The position numbers and the translations under genes were made by a program. This document shows positions 39,301 to 52,987 of a stretch of 64,000 nt of DNA, piece by piece. Source of the DNA: Dimorphilus gyrociliatus (taxonomy: Eukaryota; Animalia; Annelida). The notes under the pieces were generated by a model. It was not told where the DNA came from. It ran no database searches and saw only the letters and a program-made list of their open reading frames with translations. The stretch lies in contig CAJFCJ010000005.1 of NCBI GenBank assembly GCA_904063045.1, positions 2,598,165 to 2,662,164 of the forward strand, read 5' to 3'. The first letter of the stretch is position 1. Every line of letters begins with the position of its first letter.

Positions 39301-40745
39301 CACCTTCTCCACATCCATAATTGGAAATGTTTGCTCAACTTTAAGTAATTGTTTTACAGTATCATTCCATAATAATTTTATTGTTTTCTTAAGTTTTGGC
39401 AAACAATATCTACCAAAACCTATACATTTTCTAATTCTAACACTTTGAATGGATTGCCAAGATATTATAGTTTTACAATTGTCGTTTATATTTTTAGGAC
39501 AAGCTGTCCACGCCGTCCAAACTGTCCATTCCTTTCGGCATCTGGGTAAGTTTTGTAGTTTACCCTCGACGTTTACCTCTTGCATACAACTTCTAAATTG
39601 AGCCATTAGTCTATCCGTAAACTATTATGTATTATTAAAATTAATAGAAATAATATGCAAGTAAAAGAAGGTTTAAAATATATTTACTGGATCAGAGCTA
39701 ATCCATCGTTCTTGCCTTAATCTTGTATCCTCTTTTAGAACTCCTTCACATGTATATTTATCCTTTGGTTCGTTTCTAATGCACATTCGCTTCCTATAAG
39801 CCATAACCTTTTTCGAATAGCATTCAGTTGGACAATGCCACTTTGAACCAGACTCAAATTTAAGCCACGCACCCCAATGTATATTTAATTGCGGTTCTCT
39901 TTTAGCCGTACGACTATTATTGCACAAGCAATTCGTTATCTAAGACGTTATTTAGAAAAATATTTAATAAAACATTTAATTGATATATTCACCTTTAAAA
40001 CTGACCTTTACCTTACCAATTTTACCAGGACATTTGAAGCGAGAATTTCTACTTTTCTTAGTCTTTTTACAAAATCTAATATATTTTGATTTATTAATTT
40101 TATAGCAAGATTCACGACATTCTGACAAACTTTTCCATTTCGTCCATTCACCTGTAAAATCACCATCCTCAGTACAATCAAATCCAGAGGTTTCGCAATC
40201 AATAAATTTTGTTTGACTTTCCCCATCTTTATCAAATCCGCAAGCAATTGGATGCTCCGCTCTACAATCGATTAATTCATCCATAAACACTTTACAACTA
40301 TTACATATTCTAGAGAAAGGCTGACGACCTAACTAAATTTTAGGTCAAAAAAAAAAACAAACAAAGATAAAGAGTTTTTAATTAAAAAAAATTAAAGAGT
40401 CCAACTTTTTCCCAACACTTTCTTCTACAAACACCGGAAGCTTCCCAATTTGACCATGTATTATTTCTTAAGATGTAATCATCTATTTATTCATTAAGAC
40501 ATCGGATTATAATTGCTTATCATTACTTTTGAAGAATGAATAATAAAAAATCTACCTTTTTCATTAAAGTCAACTGTTTCAATATTTTTTAATAATTTTT
40601 GATTTTCACTACTAATTAATTCAATGTTAATTGGTTTTTCATTATCCAATAAATTGAGGGTATTACTAAAATCTAGACGATTGCAATTAATTAATAATTC
40701 ATTAATTAATATATTTATTAAAAATTCATTAAATATATTAAACAT
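30387..40745 (-). CDS. Type I membrane protein: signal, multiple TSP1 repeats, two Ig domains, TM, short tail; last exon 30387..30719 lies beyond a 7.6-kb intron
   Basis: TSP1 motifs TWSNW, WTKWKS, WGAW, WTVWTAWT, WGSWSMWS, GGWTEWT and CNNPPPIAGGKECIG. Ig1 WTFNG...NSGVYTC. Ig2 FSC...WYKK is completed only by the distant exon (VS|IKGMKRKHEGEWKC), which is followed by a TM segment. Donor GTGAGT at 38276, acceptor TTCAG at 30720, phase 0/0. Confidence 0.75.
30993..38212 (+). CDS. Myosin-motor-domain chitin synthase, multi-exon, with a degenerate myosin head
   Basis: Myosin-like N-terminus (NDLSTLND...LKRRF, EYNFHILYQLYYG, FGIKHF), then TM segments and GT2 chitin synthase motifs ACATMWHE, LALDGD, CSPGCFSLFR, GEDRW, QRKRW and WGTRE. 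Confidence 0.92.
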
Positions 40746-41311
40746 ATCTCTATTTAAAATAAACAAAATAAACAAATATAATAATCGTCATTTATATATG
40801 TTAATTTTTATTGGTAGTTAATTCATACTTATAGGCCTACTATTTTTTTTAATTATTAAATGAAAAAGAGTTTAATTAGTAGGGGAGGCCTAATAAAAAA
40901 TATTTTAAGATATCGAGTATTTGAATGATCGCCTAGATATAATCTATTTTTATTAACTACTTATTATAAAGATAAGACAATTACTAATCAGAGTTCGTAT
41001 CTTGTCTTAGGAGTTTCTCGATTTGCTTTGTAGCGATAACATTTTCAAAATACAGTCTTTATATTCATTTTTGTTATCTGAGACTCAAAGAGCTGATACG
41101 TAATATCAGCTAAATCTAAAGATCATTTATATCAATCTGAAGCAATTTCTCCTGGGGATTCGTATAATTAAAAAAAGAATCATTTTAATTAAATGAAAGA
41201 GTAAAATTTCGTTTAAATAGACTTAAAAGCATTTTATTAATAGATCTTTTATCTTAACTTATTAAGTGTAAATATAGCAAACGCTTAGTAATCTTAACTC
41301 TACCGTAAAAG

Positions 41312-43491
41312 ATGCTTTTTGACGATATTCTTGGAGAAATTGGCGAATTTGGGCGTTATCAAATAGTTTCTTATGTTGTCCTTGGAATGTTAGCAATACC
41401 TGCTGGATGGCATAATTTAGGTATTACCTTCTATGGTAATAAATTACATCATCATTGGTGTAGAGTTAAAGAACTCGATGAATTTAATAATTCAATAAAA
41501 TGGAATGTTGCAATTCCAAGAGATGATAGCGACGATAAATTTGAATGGAATAAATGTAGAATGTTTAATTTGAATTATTCAAGTTATAGACGTGAAGATT
41601 TTCTAAACTGGAATAGATCTATTAGCGAAAATGCAGGGACAATTGAATGTAATAATGGCTGGGATTTTGTTACTGGCTTTAGAACCGTTATGCAAGATGT
41701 ATTTTTTTATTTTCTTTTCTTTTTATTATATCTGTTATTATTCTATTATTCATTGTTATCAAAACAGTAAAACTATTCAATATCTCCATTTTAATCTTCC
41801 TTTTTATTTCTATTTATCAGTTCAATTTGGTTTGTGGAAGGTCTGCTTTAGTTTCTTTAATTCAAAGTATTTATTTTACTGGTTTCCTTCTGGGTACTAT
41901 TGTTTGGGGTCAATTCTCCGATTCGTAAGATATAATAATACTGATAACAATATTTATTAAACTTTTTGCATTAACTACTCTCTTAGTCGTGGTCGGTTAA
42001 AAACTGTTTTGATAACTGTAGTAGTTCTTATTGTATCTTCTATTGCTGCCGCGTTTGTACCCTCAAATAATGTAGGATATGGTCTCTTTGTTACTTTGAG
42101 ATTCTTTGTTGGCTTTGGAGTGGGTGGTTCATATACTACTGCCTTTGTAATGGGTAAATAATTGAATAGAAAATAACCTTTACTATAATAATAAATCTTC
42201 TTAGCAATGGAGATTATAGGACCAAAATTTAGAGCTAAAGCTGGAATATTTGTTCAAGTGTGGTTTGCTCTTGGCTTCATGACTTTACCTTATATGGCTA
42301 AAGCCATGCCTAATTATAGAACATTGCAGTTAGTTACAGGCGCTATACCAGCTGTGTTTTTACTATGTCCTTTGTAAGTTAAAACTGACATAAGCCTATT
42401 AAGTAAAGAGAAACTAATTAATCCTATTTTTAAAGGGTAATAGACGAAAGTGCTAGGTGGTTAGTAGCTGAGAATCAAGATGAAAAGGCAGCTAAAATCC
42501 TTGAAAAGATTGCAAGATGGAATAATACAACATTACCCGCCAATTTGAATTTAGAGGAAAATCGTAAAAATATTGTATCGGATCGGAAATATACAGTTGC
42601 TGATCTAATAAAAACTCCAAACTTACGTAAAATTACCTTAAATATGTGGGTTAATTGGTTAGTAGTTAGTCTTGTTTATTATGGACTTTCGTTAGAAGCA
42701 GGAAACATGGGAAATTTAGATTTTTACCTATCGAATTTTATCTCTGGTGCCGTTGAAATTCCTGCATGTCTCTTCACTATTCTTATATTAGATAGAATAG
42801 GAAGAAAGATACCAGTTTTAGGTACAACCCTATTTGGAGGAGCTAGCTGTCTGATTGCAATAGCCTTTATGAAAAATACGAATTGTAATTTAGAATAGAG
42901 TGGATTGTTTTATTGTTTTAATATATTTCTAATTTTTAGCCGTAGCATTGACAGTTTGTTCTGTTATTGGTAAATTCTTTGTCAGCATGGCCTTTGCTGT
43001 TATTTACGTTTGGGCTGCAGAAGTATTCCCAACAGTTGTAAGAAATGTTGGTGTTGGTGGTTCATCAATGGCGGCTAGAGTAGGTTCTCTCGCTGCTCCT
43101 CAAATAGGACGTTTGGTAAAATTTAACAACTATAAATAATTAATAGTATTATCATCTTATTTATTTTCTATATAATTTCTTAGAAAGAAACGTGGAGACC
43201 TTTACCATTCGTTATTTTTGGAGGTACTTCTCTAATTTCGTGTGTTTGTTCGTTTTTCATACCGGAAACCCTTAACAAACACCTTCCAGAAACCATTGAA
43301 GATGGTGAACTATTTGGAACGTAAGTAGTCAACACTAGATTTATTGTAGATTAGAAAATGTACATTCAAAATCAAATTTTGGTTTAAAATACAGATCGAA
43401 AGCTAAAGTAAAGCCAATAGAAGATGAAGTTTACACTATTTCCAAGTCAGATTTAGGACAAGAAAACCTAGATGATAAAAAAAAGGAATAA
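41312..43491 (+). CDS. SLC22 organic cation transporter-like MFS protein, multi-exon
   Basis: MLFDDILGEIGEFGRYQ start, large Cys-containing first loop, DRIGRK, EVFPTVVRNVGVG, PETLNKHLPETIEDGE. Confidence 0.92.
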
Positions 43492-43952
43492 TCTTGACTT
43501 AATGCATATTAGATAAAACATAATTGTTCGATTCAAACATATGTTAAGTAGGCTAAATGATAAATGGTTGTCGCTAAAATATCAAATAATACATCAATAT
43601 ATTGTGTATACAGTTTTTAAACCTTCCCTACTGTTTAGCTTTATAAGTCCTACATAAAGAGAGACATCACTGTTTACGAATTGAATATACACAGTACTAC
43701 AATAAAGCATATATGTATATACTTAAATATATTTATATACTTGTATATAAATATATATATATATATGTTCATAGAGGCCTTTTTAATGTATGTACTTAAG
43801 TATAAGATGGTATATTTATAAGCTTTCTTTATCATAGACAAGCATGTGTTCATAGTAAGCACTATCAATGTATAAACTGACACAAACCGAAACAAAATCG
43901 TATATACAAAAAAACAAAATGAAAAAAAAAATAAACAAAATGCAATAATATT

Positions 43953-46798
43953 TTATTCGAGCGACTCGTAAGATTGAACCAATGTTCCCTCCTTTGTAAC
44001 TGTATAATAGGTTCCGTCAATACCTTGAAGTATGGTGCCTGGGGGATAACTTTCAGCTGCTTCTTGAGGATCTGTATAAACTTCTTGTTGTTGTTCTTCT
44101 GCTTTGATGTACATATTTCGTTGATCATCTACTCCAAATTCGGTGCTATATTCGTCTGCTGATCCTTCAGGAACAGGAACAGTGATAGGCTGGAAAACTG
44201 AGGTTGAGATGGGATTCACTAACTCTGTGGCGGTAACAGTTAAAGAGCCTCTTGTAAATTGAACTGGTTCTGATGCTGACTGGGCTTCCACCATAGAGTC
44301 TGAGTAGCTCTCCTCTGGTTCGGGATTTAATAAAATAGGCTCAGTTGCTTCATGAACTGTTTCAACAATAGTTGGTTCTTTTTTCTCAGAGCTATGCATT
44401 TCAATTATGCGAACAGTTTTTCCATCTCTTCCGACTATACGAATCCTGGATTTCTCTTTTCCCACTCTAGTGGGAAGCTTAATGCAATATCCTGATTTTC
44501 CTGATACAGGATCAACTCGAGGTTGAACTTCCGGCTGAATAGTTTCTGTAACAAATCTACCTGATGATGTTGAAGACATAACTCGAATTTTTCTTGAGTT
44601 TCCATTTTCCGATGATAATGATTTCATAATATCACCAGAATGTATATGAACTCGGGGTTTAACACGTATAATTTTCGTTGACTTTTTATCAGGTGATTCG
44701 TCAAAAGCCTCCTGAACATTTGCATTGCTGATGGAATCAATAGCTGCTTGGATTCTTGCTTGACGTTCACTTTCAATAGTGGCAACTTCTACTTCTTCGG
44801 CCACTCCTTCAGTGCTGCTCAGGGCAGGTACATTTCGTGAGGTGCTCAATTCTCCAGTTGCTTTCTTGTAAGTAATTTGCTGAGGGTTTGTTCGGGCAGA
44901 GACTTCTGTTTCACCAACTAGACTCTCTTCATCCTGCTGTGACTGCTGCTCTTCTACGGCTTGTTCTGAAGTTTGAGAGGATGGTATCGTTGCATATTCA
45001 TGAGATGATAATGTTGAAAGAAGATTTAAACCAGCCAAAGAGTCGTCTTGAGGTGGTGTTCGGGCAGGAGGTGGGTAAGTTCTGATCATGGGTCCGCTGG
45101 GGGGTGGAGGGCTTTGAGGCCTATTGGCCATCATCAAAGTTGCAGAATGCATACGTTCGGGTGTAATTGCTAAGTCATTGAGAGGATAGAGACCGTTATG
45201 TAAAAATTTTCTGACCATATCCTGTGTCCAACTTTGTTTCCTCCAGACTTTTTGAAGTATCATAGCTAGTGCTCTCTGATTAAAGCTTTCGCCTGTATTT
45301 TCAGATTCCCATTTTCTGGCTTTTTCCGTCATCGTGGTTTCTAAATTATGAGACACCGAGTGATCCAGCGGCTGGAGGAGGTGGGCAACTCCGGGAGGCA
45401 TGGATATAAGAAATATACGCTCTTCTTTGGCTCTATTCATTAATTGCATCGATATGGTGCTAACTGGTTGGGACAAAAACAAAGCGACAGGCCTAACTGG
45501 AGGTATACGTTTGATAAAACTATCAAACCACCAAAGCATCATATCATCATTTACACGACCATCATACGAACACACAAAAGTAGCATCTGGATTAGTCTCC
45601 TTTGCAGAAGAGAGTTTCAAGCGTTCACCTTTAAAAATAACGAATGGAGGTAACATGATACCCTCCGCTGAACATGTCAATACCATAGTAAAATTTAAAT
45701 AAACATTCACTCTGACATCATTAGCCACATAAATTCTATCGGGTTTGGTTATCAACCTTTGCCTTTTCAAAGTATAATTTGCAATTTCAAAAAATCTTCT
45801 TAACAAACCCTTTTGTTTATTAATACTTGGGACTGGTGTTTTTTGGTTAGTTCGATGAAATTCAATTCCAGGATGTCTTCTCATAAAGCCTCCTAACCAA
45901 TTATGGCCCGGTATGGTATTCTGGTATGGACTCTTGTGGCCATAATTTAATCTGAGTATTTCACCAGCCCTTTCCCTAATATCTTGACAACGAACTAGGA
46001 AGCCAGCATGAGCCATATCACGTATATAATGTACCAGTTCTAACTCTTCTTCAGGTGAGAGTACTGTTTTAACCCCAGGTCTTGCGCCATGCATTACTCT
46101 ACCATTTACTCGATCTTTCAACGAAGAATATGGTACATTAAATCTTCGAGATGCAGCGCGAATTGTTATTTTATCAGCTCGAACCATATTTAAAGCTTCT
46201 TCCATGTCTTTTTGTCTCCATTGCAATCTATGAGCGAAAGGACGAGGTTTGGGCCTTTTTTTGAGTCTATGTCTTTTCCCGCCACGGCCAATACCTTCTA
46301 ACACACTGTGTATTCCATCATCATCCATATCGTCGTCGGGATCCGCTGAATAAGGATGATGTCTACTTTGCAAAGAACTATAGGTATCGTTCTTCATTTT
46401 ATGTCTAATCTCACTTTTAACTTCCTCTTCAGCCCCAATTACAACCTATTTTTAAAAAACAAAGTTTAGTTATAACGAAATGATGGGCCTTCATTTTAAT
46501 AATAACAAAGCATAAAGCAAAATGGCGGCAATCGCGTGATATTGATTGTAAAAGATTGAACCTGATGTGTCTCTACAATTGAATCGTCCATCATCTCTTG
46601 CTGATCATCATCTTCATTCGAGTCTACTATTTGTTCAGTAACTTCTATTCCTTGAACATCGCTCAAATTGTTTGCAGCTTCGTCTTCGTTTTCGTCATCC
46701 CTATATTCATCTTCAGTCGGCTCATCTTTCACCGACTTATTTTTTCTCGGCGACTTTGCCGATGTGAATCGTCTCTTCCTCTGTCCCCTTTTCGGCAT
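43953..46798 (-). CDS. Domesticated pogo/Tigger-family gene: psq-type HTH + CENP-B HTH + degenerate DDE_1 + acidic disordered tail; 2 exons
   Basis: Exon 1 46798..46562 (MPKRGQRKRR, NLS-like) splices in frame through intron 46561..46446. HTH motifs WRQKDMEEALNMVR...IRAASRRFNVPYSSLKDR and LSPEEELELVHYI; DDE remnant LLQPLDHSV. No terminal inverted repeats seen. Confidence 0.8.
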
Positions 46799-47516
46799 TC
46801 GGAATACAGAGCGAAAATATAAATTAATATATGAAATTTCGCTCGACCAAAATGGCTGAAAACTAATGTACTCTCGTTTTCTCTCGCGTACCCTCGTTGT
46901 ATACAACTGATAGAGGTTGTTGGTTGCCCAGCAAGCTATTGATCGGGAAATTCTGAACGGGACCACTGAACCACACTAATCTCTGTTTCTTTCTGATAGG
47001 CCGACGAAAAAACCTCTAATATTTACAATGAAATTGTATAAAGATAGTCTGCTATTTATGCACAACCTACTGCGTAAAAGGCAAAGTATATATAACAATG
47101 TATTATGGGATTTATCCTAAACGCATACAACTTTTACTGACCAATAAAATCAATTTTAAAAGAGACAGATCTACGAAATAAACAAACAAAAAATATATGT
47201 AAGCTGATTGGTCAATTCAAATAAAAAGATTAACTGATGAATGTCATGAACTTCCACACCACCCAACCCAAGAGATTAGATAAAGCACTTGATATAAGTA
47301 GTTCTTATTTGAAACATGTTAACCTAATTATTTATTACTAGATAAACAAAGAACAATTAACAATAATTCGGTGTAGCACTCAAGATAATGCCAAAGGATA
47401 GAGGCAGTGTACAAATTATGTAACATAGTATTATGAGTTAATACCACAATTATATTATGCAGGTTTAGTCTTTTCAACTAAAGACAAAGAAAAAAACACT
47501 AATTGCTCTCACAATC

Positions 47517-49946
47517 TTATGAGAATTGATTTCTCAGTAATAAAACATCTTCTTTAACAGAACTAACTTGTCTAGTAAAATTAGTTAAAGCAGTTGCTTG
47601 CTCTTCACTTTTAAATACCCAATCCATCCTTTCCGTTTCTAAGCTGTTCACTTTTCTCCTTAATTCATCATTTTCATTTGATAATTTCGTAAATTTTTCA
47701 TCTGCTTTCCCTAATTCAATTTGTAGTTGATCAACAGTTCGTTGTAAATCGGAATGAGCTGAAATTACTTGATTAAGTTGGACTGCTAACTCTTTCCTCT
47801 CTGTATTAGAATTATCCATGGAAACCTTCCAACCAATTTCGGCAAGTCTATTCTTTTCGGTCAGTTTATTTAGGTTGTCTGTCACCTTCTTTAATTCTTT
47901 AACAGCGTCATCACGACATTGAATAGCCACTTGAAAATCTCTTTCCTTTCTCTGACAAGTTTCCTCAAGAACCGATAATTCCGATTTGAGACGATTTTCC
48001 TCTGATTTTGACAAATCAAGATCCCTTTCAGCTATTGTTAATGTATCTTTAAGTTCTTGAACTGAATCACGCAATTGGTAGACTTCCGTTCTCGTAAAAC
48101 CTTGAAAAGAAAGAAAAAATGTATTATACGAAGCAACTTACAAAATAAAGAATATAAAGCAATTTTACTGCTATTTTCCATTTCCTTTTGTAAGCTTTCT
48201 ACACGCGATTCTAATCGGCCTTTTTCATACGATAGTCTTTGCTTTTGCTCAGTTAAATCTTTTAAGGTCTTCTCTAATTTCTCCTGCGCTCTTGAATGCT
48301 GAAAAGAATTGCTAATTCTTTCTCGAAGTTGTTTAATTTCTATTAAAAGATTGTCTCTTTGTTTTTCAACTCTTTTCAACTCTTCAACAAGTTCATCTAT
48401 TTGACTATCGGCGTTCTGTCTTTCCCTAACAACATGATCCAACGTTTCGCCAACTTCATTTAATGCACTATCTTTATCTTTGATTATCATTTCCTGTTCA
48501 TTTCTCATAATATCAATTTCCATATTTCTTTCATTCAATATAGATTCGTATTCTTTAATTTTCTTTAATAGTTCATTTTTTGCTCTAACTTCAATTGTAA
48601 GTTGCTTTTTCAATGCTTCATGATTATTTGAATGTTGACTGTATTTTCTGTTTGAAAAAATCAATACATTTATAATGTTAAAACTATATTTATTTATACA
48701 AATACCTTGCTTTTTCCGCATTTTCTTCGCATTCAGCAATCAGTTTAGCATTATGGGCGGCAGCGTCCTTTAGAGCTTTCTCAAGATGAGAATCTCGAGA
48801 TGAGGACTCAGCGCTGGCTTTTTGAACTTTCTCCAATTGCTCATTCACATTTAAATATTCATCTTTCAGTTTCTCAAGATCTATAATTAATTTCTCTCTC
48901 TCTTCTTGAATTTGCTCGTATCGTTGTGAAATATTATCTCTCTCAGCTCTAGTAGTTTCTAATGTTGTCTCTAATATAATTCTCTTTTGTTTTTCTGTTG
49001 ATGTCTCATATTGAGCTCTAAGAATTTCTTGTTTCAAAGTAGAACAATTAACAGATAATCTTGTTAAATTCTCCTTTTCAGTAGAAGAAAGATATTCAAC
49101 TTCCTGAAATCTTTTCTGAGAACTTTCGTGAGCTTCTTCGAGGCTTTTCCGAACGCTAATTTCCCTATTTAATTCAGCTTTTATTTCAACAAGCCTTCTA
49201 TCGAGTTTAATATTCTTCTCTTCATATTCAGAAGATGATAATTTATACTTGTTTGCTTCATTTTCTGCTTTTTTCAAACTTCTCCTTAGTAATATGATCT
49301 CCCTTTGTAAATTAGAAACTTCCTTCTCATATGCCTCAGTTGCAAGAGATAATTTCTCTACTTTCTTCTTCTTTAAAACCTTCTTGTCGACTCTAATTAT
49401 TTAAATAAAGCGCAAATTAACTGATTTTATGCGGCGAATTTAACGTCAATTTATTAATTCCTTCTCTATTTAGCAAACACTACTAGTATTCAAATAGAAT
49501 AAAACGTGCCGAAATAGAAAAATACTGATTTTTCTTTATACTAGATTTACAGTTTAACAACAGTTTACAAAGCCTTTTATTTACCTAGGCTGTTCAAAAG
49601 AAGATTTAAACGTTTTAACAGAGTTTCCCAATTTACCAGCGTTTTCGGTAAAGAATAGATCCTTTTGGTTACCATTAAGAGACAAAGATGCCACTGAAGC
49701 CGCCATATCTTGAGTATCTCTCTCAGCAACCGTAATTAGTTTATGTATTCTATCTAAGGCCTTTTCTTCAGGATCCTCGAAAATCTGTAACAAGTGTTGA
49801 CATGAAATACTTTGTTTAACAAGTAACAAGAAATTAAGTCGATTGCAAAAGAAATAACAATTATCCAATACAACAATAAAAGCAAAATTACGAACTTTAT
49901 GAGTATATAAATCTTGATTTGGGTCCAATTGAAATGATGGGTACAT
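47517..49946 (-). CDS. CCDC150: Long coiled-coil protein, CCDC150-like, multi-exon (both ends uncertain)
   Basis: Segments LNREISVRKSLEE...VNCSTLKQEILRAQ, LTEQKQRLSYEKGRLE, IQCRDDAVKE and VISAHSDLQRTVDQLQIELG match remembered CCDC150 segments in the same order. Confidence 0.6.
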
Positions 49947-50808
49947 AATTGAAAATCATATATTTAAATATTCTTTATTTGGTTGTTTAGAGAGCGGAGA
50001 GTGTTTTACTGAAGTACCAGTTTCGTTTCCAAGCATCGAACTTCGGATAAATATTATGCTAAAAGAATATAAACATAACACAAAGTTTATAGTTTAAAAG
50101 TTTAGTTCTATAGTAAACCTGTTAAGTATAATGAGAGGCAGCAAATATATCTTGACTTTATTTACGAGGCCAGGCTTGAAACGAGAATTGCCCTAATCTA
50201 ACGAAATGCAGTTTCAATAGACATTTAAGAGATATTAAGGTCTAATAAATCTTGTTGAGTGTATTAAAAATCTTCAACTCAATTTGTATTTTGACATTAA
50301 TCGTTAATATAATTGCTTTATTTCAATATCTCCTGTTATACACATATATATCGTGTATATTTCTAAATTTGTCTGAAGAAATGATATTAAAATTAATATT
50401 AATATACTAATATAATTATTAAATAAATAAATTAATTAAAACCTTCGTTAAACTTTCCGTTGTTCTGTTTAAAATATTTAAAGAACTTTTGTTTTTAGAT
50501 AACATTAGACAGAGATTTTTTGGCGGGAAAAAATTAATATGTTTTTAGTAAAATATACAATTTATATTGTATTTTTTTTCCATTGTTTAAAAAATTATCT
50601 TCCAATATTCACTTACTTGCCGTATATATTGATATAGATAGTAACAATTAATTTTAACTAACAGATGGCGCTGTATATACTACATCTACCGTTCTGTGAA
50701 CGAATATTTACTATATAAAATATCATTTTTATTGAGATTACCAAGTTTTAAAATTATTTTTCACTAAAAAAATAATAGCAATTTTCTGGATAATTAATCT
50801 TCTCCATA

Positions 50809-52266
50809 ATGTAAGACTGATTTATGTTGTAGTTAATGGTTTTTTAAAATTCTCAAATATCTATCCCAATATTCGTTCACATTTTTATATTCGTTTACAG
50901 GGCAGACTATTGGAAATCAAATCCCAAGCATTTTTGTGAATTTTGTAATTGTTGGTTTGCTGAAAACAAATCGGTAAGATTTTGAAATACATATCTGCGT
51001 ATCCTTCTGCTAAACCAGTCATTCTTTAGAGCGTTGAACACCATGAGCAAGGCAAACGTCACAAGGAAAACGTTCAAAAAAGATTACGAGAGGTTTGTTC
51101 ATTTTTTACTACCATATTAGAAATTTACAAATTTCTTCTAAACAGTTGGGAGAGTTGGGTAAACAACAAGACAAGGATAAGCAGTTTATGAGTAATTCAC
51201 TAATGGCAATGGAGCAGGTAGGTATTCTCATCCTCTATCTGAAATGTAACCGCTAATTTTCATATCTTATTATTATCATTTTTCAGGCTGCAATGAGGGC
51301 TCTACAAAAAGATATCACTAAAAATCCTAATATGGCTGGTGCCTATGGAGTTAGATTTAAAGACTCGACATGCAATTACGTCCCTATACCAGAAATGGCT
51401 ACAGAAGAGCCAGGCGCTTCGAAAAGACAAAAAGTAGAGGCAACTGAATCAATAACAATTCCACAAGTTCAAGAATTTATCCCAAAACCGAAAGCTGAGC
51501 CATCAGCATTAGTTAAAGACTTAACTAATGCAGCTTTGGCCGCAGAATCGTTAAGAGAAGGAGAATGGCAAGAATTGAAATCAAATGAAGGTTACACGTA
51601 CTACTGGCACACTGGTACAAATGCTGTACAATGGGAACCTCCTGAAGGTTTTATACCCACGGAAGAGTTACAAGAAATACCTCTGCCATCTGGTAGCTGT
51701 CCAATAGAGCCACCAATGCCACCAGAACAGATGGCACCTCCAATACCACCAGTAAAATTAGAGAAACCCGAAGCATCCGATCCACAACCGGACAATAGTC
51801 AATTTGATTACCTTGCAGTAAAATCTGAACCAACGTACAGTGCACAAGACATAAAACCTGAGCCATTAGAAAGTAATATTGTAAAAACAGAAGAAGAAGA
51901 AGAAGAATCTGATATACCTCCAGCTTTCTTGACACTTGCCCCCCAAAAATCTAATACGGATTTACCATATGGTACTTGGCAAACAGTTAGAGAAAGGTAA
52001 ATATTTATTTGATTATCATATCTTCAATTTTATTTATATTATTTTTTTTATCGTTTTCTAGCCAAGCTGCACCTATTGACTTAGGTCTCCCTGAAGTTGT
52101 ACAGAAAAAATCCAACCAAAAAATTATTAAATTGGAAGATTCAAAATTTACTATTCGTGAGAAGAAAGCCAATACGTTTAGTAAAGAATTTGAGGAATTT
52201 AAAAAACGAAAATTAGCTTCAAAAAAGAAACCCAACTTAAGGACTAGTAGAGAAAGAACTGATTGA
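50809..52266 (+). CDS. WBP4: WW domain-binding protein 4 (U1-type zinc finger + WW), multi-exon
   Basis: Start codon split AT|G by intron 50811..50900; MADYWKSNPKHFCEFCNCWFAENK...HEQGKRHKENV; WW GEWQELKSNEGYTYYWHTGTNAVQWEPP. Confidence 0.92.
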
Positions 52267-52987
52267 ATCTTTTTTTTTCTCAGATTTTTATTCAAATTAA
52301 ATAAACTAGATAGCCTAAGGAATTGAACGAAAGAAGAGAAATAACTAGTTTCCACGTTCGTTTAATAGAATTTATAAACCTGAAGGAAAAATCTGGTCTA
52401 ATTGACAGATATCTATTTAAATAAGGATATATTAGTTGTTTCTTATAAATAGAAAGTTCTTACAAGTATCAATGATTCTTTTATTCTTAATTGAATTATT
52501 TTGAAATGAACAATGCTTTATCTAATCTTAAATGAAAATGAGTCAACGAAATAGAAGACAAAGCTAATTTACTCAAGTTAAGTGTTTAAATGCTATACAA
52601 TCTAGCGATTACAGAATAACTAGACTAAAACAGTTGATTTTTATTCTTTATTCTTTACATTTAAGTCTTACAGTATTCCTTCCCTTCCTTAGTTTCTATT
52701 TACTAATATGTGTGCTCATACAAAGATTTGATAAGTATCAGAAATTTTTTTCATTTAATTCCTTTTACTATATTTCTATCCCATTTATTAGGATATTTTT
52801 ACCATCTTTTAAGAAATAAATAATAGGTGCTTGTCAGTTGTTGGTAAAGCGGAAAATAAAAGTTTCCTTTCACTTAACAAAAGACCTGCTAATAATCCTA
52901 AGTAATTGTAGGCCGTTAAAGTTTTGATGAGAGCGAAAACTGGTAAAAAATATCTGTCTGAATATTTTACACTTGTTTTCGGCAGAA

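Noticed and set aside
43953-46798. Active DNA transposon call
   Set aside because: No terminal inverted repeats or TA target duplication seen, catalytic Asp lost, and a spliced host-type first exon.
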